Shown in pieces: positions 40,090 through 54,900 of a stretch of 64,000 nucleotides of DNA. Source of the DNA: Paraspadella gotoi (lineage: Eukaryota; Animalia; Chaetognatha); assembly GCA_051294375.1 (NCBI GenBank), contig CM119263.1, positions 4,515,860-4,579,859 of the forward strand, given 5' to 3'. The notes under the pieces were generated by a model, which made no database searches, had not been told where the DNA came from, and saw only the letters and a list, made by a program, of their open reading frames with translations. The position numbers and the translations under genes were made by a program. Positions within the stretch are counted from its first letter, which is position 1, and each line of letters begins with the position of its first letter.

Positions 40090-40338
40090 ATGTTGATGAC
40101 GAAGATGATGATAATATGTAGGTAACGATAATGATCTCAGTGATAGAATATGTAATGAAATCCTCTACAACAACAAGGTCTTCTACGATGACTAAGGCGA
40201 CAGAAACGACAACAACAACGACAACAACAACAACAACTACGACGAAGACGACGTCCTTCGCCGACGACCCAGAAGTCGACGACATAAATTTTCATCTTCT
40301 TCCAAATCGGAGAAATTTCCGGTTCGGTGCTAAAGCCG

Positions 40339-40625
40339 CATGTCGGGATTAGCGGAAGTAGGATGTCGGGATTAACGGTTTTCGGCATCGAGAGATGTCG
40401 GGTTTAGCGGTTGGGGGATGTCAGGATTAGCGGTTGTAGGAATCGAAGGATGACGAGATTAGCGGTTAGGGATGTCGAGATTAGCTGTTGTTGGATGTCA
40501 GGATTAGCGGTGGTCGGCATTGAGGGATGTCGGGATTAGCAGTTAAGAGATGTCGGCATTAGTGCTTGTCGGCATCCAGGGATGTCAGGATTAGCGGTTG
40601 TCGACATGAGGCATATCGGGATTAA
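40339..40625. repeat. Degenerate minisatellite with core gatgtcgggattagcggtt, variable unit length
   Basis: About ten diverged occurrences of the core. Confidence 0.85.
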
Positions 40626-40666
40626 GGGTTGTCCGTATTTTCAGATTTGTACAAATGTCAGCATCA

Positions 40667-40800
40667 AATGTCAATCTTAATGTCAATCTTAATGTCAACC
40701 CTAATGTCAATCTTAATGTCAATTTTAATGTCAATCTTAATGTCAATCTTAATGTCAATCCTAATGTCAATCTTAATGTCTATCTTAATGTCAATCTTAA
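40667..40800. repeat. 12-bp minisatellite (aatgtcaatctt) x about 11
   Basis: Directly visible; produces the spurious MSIL/NVNL ORFs. Confidence 0.9.
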
Positions 40801-42578
40801 ATACTTCCCACTCATTAAAAATATAAAACATTTCGTTTTGAGGTGATAATTTAACATCAACGCGTCGTCGTTAATAATTAAATTAAATTCATAATCTACG
40901 TTAATAAAAGTTGCCTATCGCTCACCCTCACTTTTCATATTTAAACTGGAACTGATCTTTTGTTGTTTTCTAAAAATAGGAAAAGATTATAATTGATAAT
41001 AAACGTGAATAATTTTCTCGTTAAAATTCGCAAACATCTTCTCCTTTTTTTTTCGCCTCAGATTCTCATTTGTTTTTTTGTTTTCCATTAATTTTTCAAT
41101 TTTCTTCGTCATCGCCTTTGATTTTTCGACGGGACGCTGGCGTTAAGAGGAGAGAGGAGTCGACCTTCGGTATGTTTTGCAGTTTACGTGCAGGGTGCAA
41201 AGGGTGGATTATTGTTTGTTCAATAATGACAGACGAGCTATAACGAGTGGATAACCGCTGTCGGTCTCGAAAGAAAACAGGAGCGACCGAGGACTGACGG
41301 TGTGTATGGACGATGGTACGACGGACGGTCCCATCGGGTTCGACGGCCAGGTGGCGGGCAATTTTCCGCTCCGTCGCCTGCCGAACCGTTTCGTTTCGCG
41401 CGGTCGGACGAACAATCGAGCAGCAGACGCGCCGCTCGATCGACACATGCCTGACATGCATTAGCAGCGGTTTCAGACGACGCCCACTCGGCCTCCTGAC
41501 ATCATTTACCGGGCGCGCTGACGGCCCGCGATTGCACTGTGGCCGCCGATCCCTCAGAACGTCGCCGGAGAGCAACAACGGTATGGACGTCGGACAGAAT
41601 TTATTCGTGCTCTGTCACACCGTGTGAACCACGCTTTGTGTTCTAGTTCCTATGACAGTCCAAGACTTGCGCAAAGTTCTCTTTCTCTCTGGACATCTCT
41701 TCATTCTCGTCTGCTCAGGGGTCTCTCTCTCTGCATGCTTGCGTTTCGTTCGGTCACTGCTCGTTCGTCTGCTCGTTTTCTCTCGTCGGTCAGGTCGTGT
41801 CTCTGTCTCTGCTGTCTTCCTTTCTCCTCTCGCTTCTCGAGCTTTTCCTATCCTGACCGCATGCACCAGTTTCGTTTCCCAGTTGTCCTAATTTACGAAG
41901 GCGTCGCTGATCTTGGTTGTGCAGAAACCATTGAAACAAGAACACATCTGAGAACAAAAGGAAGCAAGACAAAACCGGACTGGAACTGGATTTGTTCGTT
42001 GTTTTTTGATCTAGAACTATCTCTTAATAAGCACATGACTTAAGGGAGAGTGGACACGAGGAAAGGTCGAGTGACGACTGACGATGGATGACCGGACGAA
42101 TGACGATGATCAATGCGCGAAAGACTGATGACAACGTGACGGGGACGAAGCATGGATGACGGACCGAGAATGCCGACGAAACGATGGACGACGAGATGAA
42201 CGCGAAGTATGACGACTGAGATGAGCAAAGATGTACGTGAGATGACGCCACGCGGACGACAAACGAGACGAGACGAGCAAAGAGACGACGAACGACGAGC
42301 GACGATCGAAAAGGGATCGAACGAGACTAAGCCCTTGCGGACAAATCATTAGCTGGTACAGGTCTGGAAGAATTTTACCATTACGAGCAACTAGACCGAC
42401 AGAGACAATGCGCCAAAGTAACAGGATTCTTAAAGAGAAGGGGCTAAATGGACCAAGCGTGAGTCGAGAGATGCAGCAGGAGAGAGAGCAGAGATGAGAC
42501 GAGCGAAACAAGCCTTTAAAACTTCCACTCAAATCAAACTGCGCCTCTCTGTTTTCCCACCTTTGCGTCCACTCTCTC

Positions 42579-42630
<52 letters not shown>

Positions 42631-45600
42631 CTCTTACTCCCTCTCCCACTTTTAATGCAAATCATCGATTTTTCTCACTCCTCGACTTTTTGTTCTCTCC
42701 ACTTACCCTCTCCATAACCTCATCTCCCCCGATTGACTCCCACGCATCCTCTCTGGCCACAATCCAAAATCCCTCAACATTCAATCTTTTTTCAATATCC
42801 CATCTTGCCTTCNNNNNNNNNNNNNNNNNNNNNNNNNATATTATTTGCTCGTTAAATTTCTTTTTTTCTTCCCCCACGCCATACAATTATTACCATTTGT
42901 AACGTCAAAAGACAACCGTTACTGTTACCGTAACTTTTAGCGTTACCTTCACTACAATCAATCATCTTCCTATCAATCCATCCAACAATCCATCCATCCC
43001 ATCCATTTAATCCATCCATCCATTCATCCATACATCCATCCATCCAACCACCAGTCCGTTCATCCATCTATTCAACTATCCATTAGCAAAATAAAAAAAC
43101 ATCCAGATTCTGGCAACGAATCCTGGTGGTCAGTTGATGCAGGTGTTATCCTTGTTGTTGTTGTCGACGTCGTTGTTGTTTTCATTTATGACTCTTGTTG
43201 TAGCAACGACCAGTGGGTGGGTCAACGCATGGGATCCCGGGAACCATTATATCAACCGACGCTGCGGCCGATGGACAACGGATGACCGCCAACTCATTCC
43301 TGCCTTCGCCGCCGCATTCGCCGCCGCCGCCGCCGCCGCCGCCGCAGCCATAACTCTCCTAATTTATTCTTAACGAGAAGAGAGAGATGGTTTTCTCTCC
43401 AGCGGACAAAGTTGCATCTCCGAGGCGAAACCCAGGGTGGCGAGAGCGGTGGGGGGAGGGCAGGGTGGGACCTGTGGGTAGTTGCGGGTTCCCTCACGCC
43501 ATTTTGCCCACTTATCTGCCCACTTGCCCACAGACTAGCGCCACCCACGGTCCGAGAAGATAAATCGACGCCGCGCAATCACTTTTCCGAGGATAAAGTC
43601 CTCTCTCTCCCCTTCCCTTCCCTCACGTTCTTAAAATCTTTATTTTATTTAAAAAAGAGCAAGACTAGAGCAGAGAGAGCAGGACGAGAAGACGAATCGA
43701 GAGCAACGACGAGGAGCAGAGAGAGAGAGAGCAGAGAATACGCTCGAGCGACGACTCGAGAGCACACGAGACGCAGAACAGAAGGATCGAGAGACGACCG
43801 AGAGAGAGACGAGAGAGGAGAAGCAGAGAGAGTGAAGAGACACGTCAGAGGAGAGAGACTGAGAGGCGAGAAATCCGCATATGAATACGAGATGGGGCGT
43901 GCAGAGAAAAGGCGATAAATTCGCACCTCTCGATGGAAATTACTTCCAAAACAAATCCGGAACAAGCTCTCTGTATCTTGTTATCTATGTCTAGAAAGAC
44001 GAGAAGAGAGAGAGAGAGACCGGACAAAGAGGAGACGACGAGAGATGAGAGACTCGAGAGAGACAGAGCAAGATGAGGACCAGAGACGAAGCTAGAGAGA
44101 CGAGACCATTAACCTCAGCGAAAATGGCCAGATTCCGCTCCCAGAAACGAGAAAAGAATATCGAAAAAAATACAATCAGAACTTGCGAACAGCGATTGTC
44201 AATAATTACGCTGGAAACGCGATTCATGACCTCGTTGAACCATGGTCAAGGAATTCGTCCCCAGTTCTTTGCTTGCACGCTCCTGTTCTCTCTCTCCTCT
44301 CTCCACTTCTCTCTTCTCTCNNNNNNNNNNNNNNNNNNNNNNNNNCCTTTCTTATTTCACCCGCCACCCTCATTTCCTAATCCGATTAAAAGTTATCCTT
44401 CACACTCTTTCCTTCTCGTTCGTCTCAGCACTTTCCTTCTTTTTTCTTTCTTTTTTCTTTCTTTTTTCTTTCTTCTTTTTTTTTGGTTTTCCCTTTTTGT
44501 TTCCTTTACCTTCGTTTTTTTTTACTTTTTAATTATATTTTCTTTTCTACTTTCTTCTTTTTCTTATTAATTCTTTCTTCCTTCTCTTCTTCTCTTCTTT
44601 TATCCTTTTTTCCTTTTTTTCTTTCCTTTTTTCCTCACCTTTTTTTCCCCATTTTCATCATTTCTACTCATTATGAAACTTTCATAATGAGTATGACTTT
44701 CATTGAAAGTCAATTTAAACGGATTAACAATTAATTAGAAAAGTAGTTCGATTCAAATCCAATAAAGAAGCAAAAACAATCATCAGACGTCGAATGCCAT
44801 CGGCCTAGAAATGTAATCAACTCGAGCATCGTCGATCGAATATGAAAAATGGGAAGCAACGAATAAGAACCACATGAACCCAATAAAAAGGAAATCGAAT
44901 CGACGCAAATCGGATCAAAGATATTCCATCTTTCATACGGAACATTTTTGTCGTCCAGACGAAGTCGTCATATTCGAAAATCTTCGTCCAAATTTTCTGG
45001 TTCCATGTCGATATGAATGACGCCGGCAGAACGAGCGCCGGGCGTCGTCGTCGTCATCATACTCGCTGTCGTCATCGTTTTCGTCGTCATCATCGTCGTA
45101 TTCGTCGTCATCCTCTTCGTCGTCGTCGTCGTCGTCGTCTCTTTGTCATCGTCATCGTCATCGTCTCTTTGTCGTCGTCGTCGTCATCGTCATCGTCATC
45201 GTCATCTTCGTCTTCGTCGTCATCCTCTTCGTCTTCGTTATCATCGTCCTTCTTCGCATTCGAATTCGAAACCTCGTCTCCTTTTTACGACTTCCGCCGA
45301 CAGGAATTGTTTGCCCACGCGACGGGCGATTCGTCATCCAATCTCAACCAAGCCTCACCCTTCCCTTACCTCACGCCCGACACCGCTCCGACGCCGCCGC
45401 CTGACGCCGTCTGACGCCCTCCGACACCGCTCCGACGCCATCCGACACCGCTCCGACGCCGCCCGACGCCGCCCCGAGGCTCGAGTCCGATTTCCGAGAA
45501 ATCTCCCTTCGCTTCCAATGTTGTGTACATTCATTTGGGATTAAAGGATGGTGAGGGTGGGTGCACGTTTGGGTGGGATTGGGTGGGTCAAGGTGGGTAA

Positions 45601-47664
45601 GGATTGGGTCAAGAAAAGAAAAGTTAAAAGAGAGGATGAAAGATAGAGAAGTTGAGACAAAGAGAATGACAACAACAACGACAGTCGAACCAAACGTCCT
45701 CAGGTTTCTCTCTTTTTTTTTACATTAATGTTTGGAACCATAACCTCGTCGTCGTTAGGACTGGAGTCGATTTGAATTGAAATTTTAATTAAATTAATGA
45801 GATAAAATATGATTTAAAAATCATGAGAAGATTCGGAGCTCAGCTGTTCACACACTACCAGCATCAATTTGAAGGAAAAAAATTTACAACCAATTTATAT
45901 GAATCACTCTTGGTTAAGGCAATGAGCTTTAAAAAATATGTACAAAAAAGTATTTATTATTAAATAATTATTAATAAATAATTCATAGATAAATTAAACG
46001 TCTGCCGACTCGACTACTACCTCGGCAAAATGCGTCAGAATAAAAATAACATTAAAATTTAAAAATCATAAATATTTAATTNNNNNNNNNNNNNNNNNNN
46101 NNNNNNNNNNNNNNNNNNNNNNNNNNNNNNNNNNNNNNNNNNNNNNNNNNNNNNNNNNNNNNNNNNNNNNNNNNNNNNNNNNNNNNNNNNNNNNNNNNNN
46201 NNNNNNNNNNNNNNNNNNNNNNNNNNNNNNNNNNNNNNNNNNNNNNNNNNNNNNNNNNNNNNNNNNNNNNNNNNNNNNNNNNNNNNNNNNNNNNNNNNNN
46301 NNNNNNNNNNNNNNNNNNNNNNNNNNNNNNNNNNNNNNNNNNNNNNNNNNNNNNNNNNNNNNNNNNNNNNNNNNNNNNNNNNNNNNNNCGAGGCCGCGAG
46401 TTTGAAATTTCATCCGGATCGATGTCAGGGCTACTGCGTTTTATGGAGTTTACTGGACCTTGAAATGTATGGAGATGATCTTGACTCTGAGCGCCCGAGT
46501 GACGGTCCCGGTTTTANNNNNNNNNNNNNNNNNNNNNNNNNNNNNNNNNNNNNNNNNNNNNNNNNNNNNNNNNNNNNNNNNNNNNNNNNNNNNNNNNNNN
46601 NNNNNNNNNNNNNNNNNNNNNNNNNNNNNNNNNNNNNNNNNNNNNNNNNNNNNNNNNNNNNNNNNNNNNNNNNNNNNNNNNNNNNNNNNNNNNNNNNNNN
46701 NNNNNNNNNNNNNNNNNNNNNNNNNNNNNNNNNNNNNNNNNNNNNNNNNNNNNNNNNNNNNNNNNNNNNNNNNNNNNNNNNNNNNNNNNNNNNNNNNNNN
46801 NNNNNNNNNNNNNNNNNNNNNNNNNNNNNNNNNNNNNNNNNNNNNNNNNNNNNNNNNNNNNNNNNNNNNNNNNNNNNNNNNNNNNNNNNNNNNNNNNNNN
46901 NNNNNNNNNNNNNNNNNNNNNNNNCTCTTTGATTGAACTTTGCCTATCTTTAGATCGGTGACGATTTATGCGGCGAATTGTCGGCCTCTTGTCGGCCGCC
47001 CGTCTGAGCCGACTCTCTCTCTCTCGCTTGTCGGTCGCCAGAGGTCTCGTTATTGTCACCCAAGGCTCCGGTTGTTGACCCAAATAACGACGGACATAAT
47101 CGCTTCTTTCTTTAAAAAAAAAATAAATTAAAAAAATCTTTAAAGTCGTTTATGAGGTTCGACGATTCTCTCGCGATTAGCGTCACCCAAGAATCGATCG
47201 ATCGGGAATTTGCTTAATTATTTCCAAGTTTGTTCTCTCAACGATAAAGAGACGAGTGGATGGCAACATGCTCGATCCTAGCCTCGTAAAGGGATCGTTA
47301 AGGGCTTGTTAATTAATTTTTTTATCCTCGGTCAGGGCCTCGTCACCCAACTGGCTAGAACTCTAATCGGGGTCTAAATCAAGTTCCAATTGCTGATCGC
47401 ATAAAAATGATCTTATCTAATCCTTCTAAATATTGCATAATAATTAATACCTCTTTCTTTATTTTAATTTTGGGCCTCATCTACTTCCATATATATCATC
47501 TTTGAACTGGGCCCCGCCGCCCATATTCTCATCCTCGATCCGGGCCTCGTCACCCATTACTCATCCGCGCACGAGGCCGCATAAAGTAGTTCCTCTCGTC
47601 CTTAGGCCTCGTTTTAACCTCAGGCGCCATTCTTTAATTTTTCCTCTTTTTTTTTCTTCTCCAG

Positions 47665-47822
47665 TTCTNNNNNNNNNNNNNNNNNNNNNNNNNCGGAAAC
47701 TGAGAAGAGAGAAGACTGGGGAACGAGTGTTAATCGGGGGTATAGATCAGATGTCTTACTCGGAGGCTGACGTCCATAAGAGTCTAAGTTAGAGGACGAA
47801 AGTCTTTTTTTCCTCTTATGGG
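47665..47822 (+). CDS. Candidate exon spanning a 25-N gap, possibly the upstream exon of the same + strand paralog
   Basis: Acceptor tttttttcttctccAG and donor g|GTaagt. tgg-g-gaa-c-gag-tgt reads WEEC after removing two bases, and MSY follows (compare WEECAGRRMPY). Confidence 0.3.
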
Positions 47823-50265
47823 GTAAGTGTCGTTCAGGCTGAGGATTAACCAGGGATGCGTAATTTATCGTTCTTTTGTCTCTCGAGTACGAAAGTGGAT
47901 TGAGAACGCCAGTCTATCCGGTATGGTAAATTGATGACAATGATGTAATAAAGAGTAAGTAGGAGGAATGAAATAGGTAACATATGAGGGAGTGAAAGAG
48001 ACATATAGAGGAATGGAAATTAGAAAGAGAAGGATGATTAAAAAAAAAAAAATAAGAGAGGAAAGGAAGAGCAGAGCAAAAGTGAAAGGGACAGGACATA
48101 GTAGGAAGGAAGGGAAAAGGAAAAGGAAAGGAAGAGAGGAAAGGGAAGGAAAGGAAAGGAAAGGAAAAGGAAAGGGAAAGGAAAAGAAAAGAAACACAGA
48201 GTAGAAAAAGAAGAAAAAAAAAAGAAAAAGAATCCAACTGAAAGAAGAAAGGAACTGAGTCAAAAATGGCGAGACGCCCATGAACTCGAGGAAAGCCTGC
48301 CTCATTCTTGCACATGATTTGTTTGATTGCGCAATGTGTCGCAAGAATTGCGTGAAGGAACTAGCTTCCGGGACCTTTCACTGTGTTCTTTTTTTCCTTT
48401 CCTTTTTCTCTCCTTCTCTCCTCTTTGTTAACCTTTATAACGAGGTACTGAAGTAAAAATTATTTTTTCTTCATTTTGGGTAACGTTGTATTTCTTTAGG
48501 TATTTTGACGGATTTGATTTCTCGCTGGTATGGGCTTATGTCGTCATCTGTTGACCGGCCTGCCTACCTATTATTATGATAATTTTTAGCTATTGAGATA
48601 GTTGACAGTTCGTGAAAATGTACCTGGTTAAACCAAGTCTTAATGGTACAGAATTTTAATCAATTTGGGTAGTTAACTTCTTCATATATCAGAAATATTA
48701 TTGGGTGGACTGGACAAGGTGCAGTTGAAAAAATTCATTTCCGTCTCTCACTTTTAAAAGATTCATGAACCGCACAACATGTTATGGCTAAACCTTAGGT
48801 TCAGTTTAAAGAATAGATTAAAACCATTTATATTATACAATTATATTTAAACGATGCCTATTATATTATAAAACTTATCTTTTTTCCTTAAAAATGAATA
48901 GTAAATTTACCTCTATAAATGCTTAAAAATATTAAAATACCGGCAAAAGGCATAAAGATTTAAACCAGAATTGAAAAAGGTTTTCGGGAAAGTGACGTAT
49001 GAGTTAAAACACTTCAAGGATTTCATATCACAATTAGAAATATTATTTAAGTAAGGACTGATCAATTTAATAGCATGTTTATCTAGAAAAGGCGTCAAGT
49101 AGGTAGACCGTAGAAAAGATATGGTTGTGGATTGGAAGGTTGTTTTTCTGGTATAAGCCCTTCAGATGCTACTATTGAACTTCTTTTAAAAATTAGATTT
49201 CCACTTCTGGGGACAGATATTTTCTGAGGGCTGTGGCACCGATGGGGGGGAGATAAGGGGGGTGTGGGTGTGGGGACGGAAAGAGGGGAGACAAACGATT
49301 TGGCTATTTGTGGGCACATGTGGGCTGGTGGTTGGATAGAGATGCGGAAAATGCTTTGTTAATATATCACCGATTATACAATAATTAACAATTTGAATTA
49401 TAAAAGCAGCGACGGCGAAAAAGTTAAACGTCCAAATGACAAAAAAATCCGAAATGGTAGTAGAGAATTTTGGATTTATTTTTTTCTTTTTTTTTTTATT
49501 TCGTTGCGACAGACGTATGTTTTTAAGGAGAAAAAGTCTTATATTACACAACAAAGACAAACAAAAAGAAGAACAAAGAGAAAACGTCGAAATCTTTTCC
49601 TCTCCACTGACGCCGATCAAACACTTTCTCATGATGATTTTTATCTTTAATCTCGAATAATCTGACTTCTACTTTTTCTTCCTCACGAGTCGACAATTCT
49701 AGTTAAGTATCGGCATTTTTACTGATTTCTACTTATTAAATATTAATTTGATCTTTCCCTACTTATCCTGATCGTTTAATAAAAATACTTGCCTGGGCTT
49801 TAGGATGGATTGGTTTTTCAATTTTTAAAGACTAATTGTGAACTTTTTTTGCAGTTGATTTTGTTTCGTTTTTTTAATTCATGATGAGGTTTCCTGTTTT
49901 TGTTTTTATCTTCGCATATCGAACACAAGATCCATTACTTATTTCCGAAATTGCCTTTCTGTTGTTTATTTTTCCTATCTATATTCACTCTCTCTCTCTC
50001 GTCTCTGTCTCATCATCTCTTCTCCTCGTCTTCTCGTCTCTCTCTCTCTCTCTTCCTCTCTCTCTCGTCTCTTATCGTCTCTCTCTCTGCTCCTCCCTCT
50101 CTCTCTCTGTTCCTCCTGGCGGGAGAGATCGAGAGACTAGAGTCAAGGAAATGATTTCCCCTCCGAAGTCGTTATCGGTGTTAATAAAAAGCGGCGAGTC
50201 GGATTCTTTTCCGTTTAAATATTTTTTTCTCTTCGGTTTTCATTATTTTTTAACATATCTTTCAG

Positions 50266-50405
50266 ATGACTGGAGGCTGGAGAGCTAGATCAAATGCAAT
50301 CTTCGCTTGTCCTAATGGCGCCGTCCTCGAGGCAAACGATTAAACATTCTAATCTAAGAATGTCACTCCGGTCTTCTGACACAACCCTAGGCAATGTCAC
50401 GGCGG
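50266..50405 (+). CDS. Candidate exon, apparent paralog of the 57.6-59.9 kb gene, disrupted by indels (sequencing errors or pseudogene)
   Basis: Strong acceptor ttttaacatatctttcAG and donor g|GTaag. Contains taatggcgccgtcctcgaggcaaacga, versus taatggcgccgttccgccaggcaaac|ga in the spliced - strand gene. Piecewise translation RLE...LMAP.LEAND parallels KLE...LMAPFRQAND. Confidence 0.4.
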
Positions 50406-51958
50406 GTAAGCAACTGCAATTTATTGTATCGCATCAATATTATATCCTCGCTTAGCTCGTATTTTCTATCCGAAGTCGGATTCAACGATCAATATCCAAG
50501 TTTTATTCGTTTTATACAATCCCGTTTATTCCTGCACGACAGTAGCCAGTGAGTCGACTTGGTTTCACCGTTACTGTTTAGCACGATTCACAGACAACGT
50601 TTTGTTTTCACAGGAGTTGTCTCATACTACGTTTACGAGTTCGTTAAAAAATAAGTGCCAAATCTTACTTTATTTAGTCTGTCCCCGTTAGGTCTCAAGA
50701 CCCGCCAACTGCTACGAATAAACCAAGTCGTTCTTCGCAACGTTAACGCCATCTGAACAGATTGCTTTGAAGAGTTGGCTCCCCATCTTTGCGAATCGCC
50801 GATACGTCGACATCTGAACCAAAGGTATATTATGCTCATCATCGGGACGCGTTCAAAGATGCGGATTGGCGGCGTTCGATGGAGCATTGTTCTCTGAGAA
50901 ATGGAGAAAAATGGAAAATGGAAAGAAGGAAGGGAGAAGAATCGGAAGAGAGGAAAATGGAAAAATGGGAATAATGTTGAAAAAGTGGAAGAAAGGAGAG
51001 GGAAAAATTAAGAAAAAGGAAATACGGAAGAAATAATGGAAAGAAACGGCAAAGGAAAAAATTGAAGGAAAAAGGAAAATGGAAAAAATTGAAATGGAAA
51101 ATAATTGAAAGAGAAAAATTGAAGAAAGGAAAAATGGGGAAAAATTGGAACAAATGGAAGGAATGAAAAGGGGAAAAAATTGAAGAGGGAAATGGAAAAA
51201 ATGGAAAGAAAAGGCAGGAAATTGAAGAAAAGGAAATGGAGAGAAAGAAATGAAACAAAAGGAAATCGACAAAAAATGAATGAAAATCGAGGAAGAAAAA
51301 AAAAGAAAATAAAAAATAAAATGTTTATTATTATGTATTCCCGCTCCATGATGTATCGTGACTCATAGTAGAAATTAACCCTCCCAAAAAAACGAAAAAT
51401 AAAGAAAGGTAATTTATTTTAGAAAAGAATAAAGAATAAGAGTAAGAAACCTTAATTATGTGCCGAATGAAAAATGATAAAGGCGGAAAGAAAATGTGAG
51501 AGGAGAGAGAGAGAGAGAGAGGTAGAGAGAGAGAGAGGAGAGCAGAGGAGAGGAGAGAGAGAGAGAGGGCAAGAAGAAGGAGAGAGTGTAACGAGATGAG
51601 AGAGAGAGAGGATCTTGATGTTAGAGATAGAGCTCGAGGAAAGAGACAGAATGTGTTGAGAGCGAGATGATTTCTTCCTTCGTATGTATTAAGGATGGTC
51701 TTCATCGCTCGTCGAAGCTTCGCGTTGACCTTTTGTCATTCGGACTCTTTCGCCGTCAGACGAGAGAGGCGCCTATCATCCGAACAAAGAAGACAAACAG
51801 ATAATGGACTCGTCCGAAGCTTAGCCGCCTCCCTCTACACCAATCTCTCTTACGATTCTTTCTAAAACCTTTCCTCCGCACATAATAGTATTCCACGCGG
51901 TTGCGGGCTTTGAGATGGAGAGAGGGAGAGAGAGAGAAGAGAAGAGAGAGAGGGAGAG

Positions 51959-51994
<36 letters not shown>

Positions 51995-54900
51995 AGAGCA
52001 GACAAGGGAAGAGTAGGCAAGAAGTAGAGAGAGGCCGGTGAGACTGAAGATAAGTAGTGAGAGAGAGGAGAAGGAGAGGGAGAGGAGAGAGATTACTGCC
52101 TTGAGTAGATACGCCCTAAGGACCGTAGCCCGTCAACTACTCTTCTATTTACTAATCATACCGGTTTGCGTCAATTAAGTTGGATTATTCAAAAGTGAAT
52201 TCCTTTTCGTTTTAGCTGTTGTTGATTTAAAATGAGGAAATTCGCGACTTGGTGAATGTTTTAGAAAAACTGAAAGCGGAAAGAGGAAACAGTATTTATA
52301 TTGACAATTTTTAATAGATTTAATATTGAAATAACAGCAATTTTTGTTACATTATTTATTTATGTAAGTAATTGTTCTAAAAAATATATCTTCTGAAAAA
52401 TACATTAAATGAAAAAAATACTTCAAAAGGTTTGCAGGTTTTAAGGGGAAGTAGTATAAGCAGATCATGCTATTATATGCGATTTTAAATTCGATACAAC
52501 GAGGTTTGATTCAGTACAATCACATCAACAAAAGCAAACAAACCAAAGGCAGACTAGGTCTTAGCAAAAAAAGTAAAAATAGGAGAGAAAAACAGTTAAT
52601 TAAATAAAATTTATTAATTAAAATTAAAACAATTAAAAATTGTTCTAATGTTGTAAAGAATGGAACAGTTTGAAGAATCAGTATTTTTCATTGGTATATG
52701 TAATCATTTGAGATAAAAGGTTTTTCTTACGGATTTATATAAAGAATTGTAGATAGTCGTGGTACTCCAAACATACTCCCTCAGTTTATCTCAACTTTTC
52801 AGCCATCGATTATATTCAAAGAAAAATCTGTTGTCGTACACCCATTTCGATGTTACAGGCAACAGATTAAGTCTATTCAATATTACGTACTATGAAAATA
52901 AGTGTTCTTACTTCACAACCCAAGTAAAGGAGATACCGAAGGAACAGCAGTTAGTATAGATAATTTTCTTCAGATAATTCCTTCTGAAGATATTTAAACA
53001 AGGAGCTTTATCAACAGGTTACTTGATCTAAAAGAAAGATACACAATTCTTTGGCTTGGCATCAAACAAGCTGTCTCTTTTCACTAACCTAAGGTTGAAC
53101 CCTAAGAATAATGCCCATGGTTGTCTAAACTAAGAATCGGATAACAGTTAACCATCGAGAAAAAGTATATCATTTTGGAAAATTGGGGTAGTTTTGCCAC
53201 TTCCCAATAATGCATTTTGGTCCGCTGTAAATTTGTTTAACATAATAAACGCGTATAAAATGAGAATCATTAATGTTTTTATTAATGCATTGCATTTCGC
53301 CAAATATTCCCTGTAAATGAAGTTATTGAGTGAATTTCATTGTAAAGATTCGATTTTGATTCGAGTAATTATGGCTCAGGTTACAAATTTGAGTAGATTA
53401 AAATTAGAGCATTAAACTATACAAAGTGAATTTGGATGAAAAATTTTAGATTGATTTGGTCAAAATGTTTCATTAGGATTAACTTTATTTTTGAAAATTA
53501 GTTACTCTTAAAATGAGAAATGAAAGGAGAGAGAGAGGAGAGAGAGAGGAGAGAGAGAGGGAGAGAGAGAGGAGAGAGAGAGGAGAGGGAGAAGAGTTTG
53601 TTACCTTTTAGCACGGCTGACCTTGCTGGGAAGGAATGGAATTGTAAAGCGAAAAGGCTTCCGCAAGGACAAGCGAGGAGATTGGACTTCTGGCGGGGGG
53701 AAATAAAATGGGCATATGAGTCATTGAGGGGGAGAGAGGGGGGGAAGATAGAGAAGGAAAGATGAATAGAGGGAATGACAATGGAGGGGAAGTTTCGATT
53801 GGGTAGTTTGTTGTTGTTTGTTATTGCTTTGGGAATAAGGTCAAACTGGAGATACATGCCAAATGTATGTTTAAATCGAAATAATTTCGTTTATGTTAGT
53901 GCATAGAGTGAGTTAATAAAAATTAAATACGAGTTTCGGTTAATTTGAATCAAGCCCGCGGTCAAAAAAAAACAAAACATTTATTTTCTTTTTTCATTCC
54001 AAATTTAGTTTTTTTCTCTCATTTTTTTCTCTCGAAGCTCTATTTTTTTCTTTCATGTATGATCTTTTTTTTTAATCCATCGGGAACGATGAGACTTTTA
54101 ATATATTTCCTAGGCCATAAATTTTAATTCGAAAGAGAAATATAATGAAATATCGTTCAAACAATAGCGAACCAGAATTGGGTGATATACTGATTGATTT
54201 TGATTTGAAAATCATTCAATACTCGTGTTCCATTTTTATATAATAGTTAAATTCGCCATCGGACACAAACTAAGATCAGCAAACGACGACTAACAACGAG
54301 AAAATTTCCCGATGAAAACGACGACGACGACGACGGACGACAACGACGAGACGAAAACGTCGATGATGACGAAATAACGAGTTTTTTCGTCCTTCGTGAT
54401 TTTTTTTTTCGCAAGTTTCCCCTCTAGTAACCTCCTCATACCACAGGCCGCGCGACAAGTGCTAATTATATTCTAATATGTTCGACCAAGATTCAATTTT
54501 CAAGGTAAACGACTCCAGCGAAAAGAGGGAGCGCTCTCTCTGGGAAAAAAAAAAGAGAAGAGAAGAAAGAGTTGGAGGGGAAGAAAAGGGGAAAAGAGGT
54601 TGGAGGAGGCGATAGAAAGTAAGAAAGAGAGAGAAGAAAGAGAGGTGGAGGGGAAAGAAAAAGGAAAAAGAAAGGAACAAAGACGGTAATTTCAATGTGT
54701 CGCACGCAGTACTTTATTTTCACGCGTATTTTTCCTTTGATTTTAATGATTATGTAATGATACTACTGCACAAAATTCCGTTTATTCTTTATAGTTTTCG
54801 GAATTGCCTTGAAAGGCGACGGCTTAGCCAGTCCGCTTTAGATTTGAGCGGCAACTAAAAATGATAGGCGAGTAGAAGAGGAATCTAGAGACTTAGAAGA

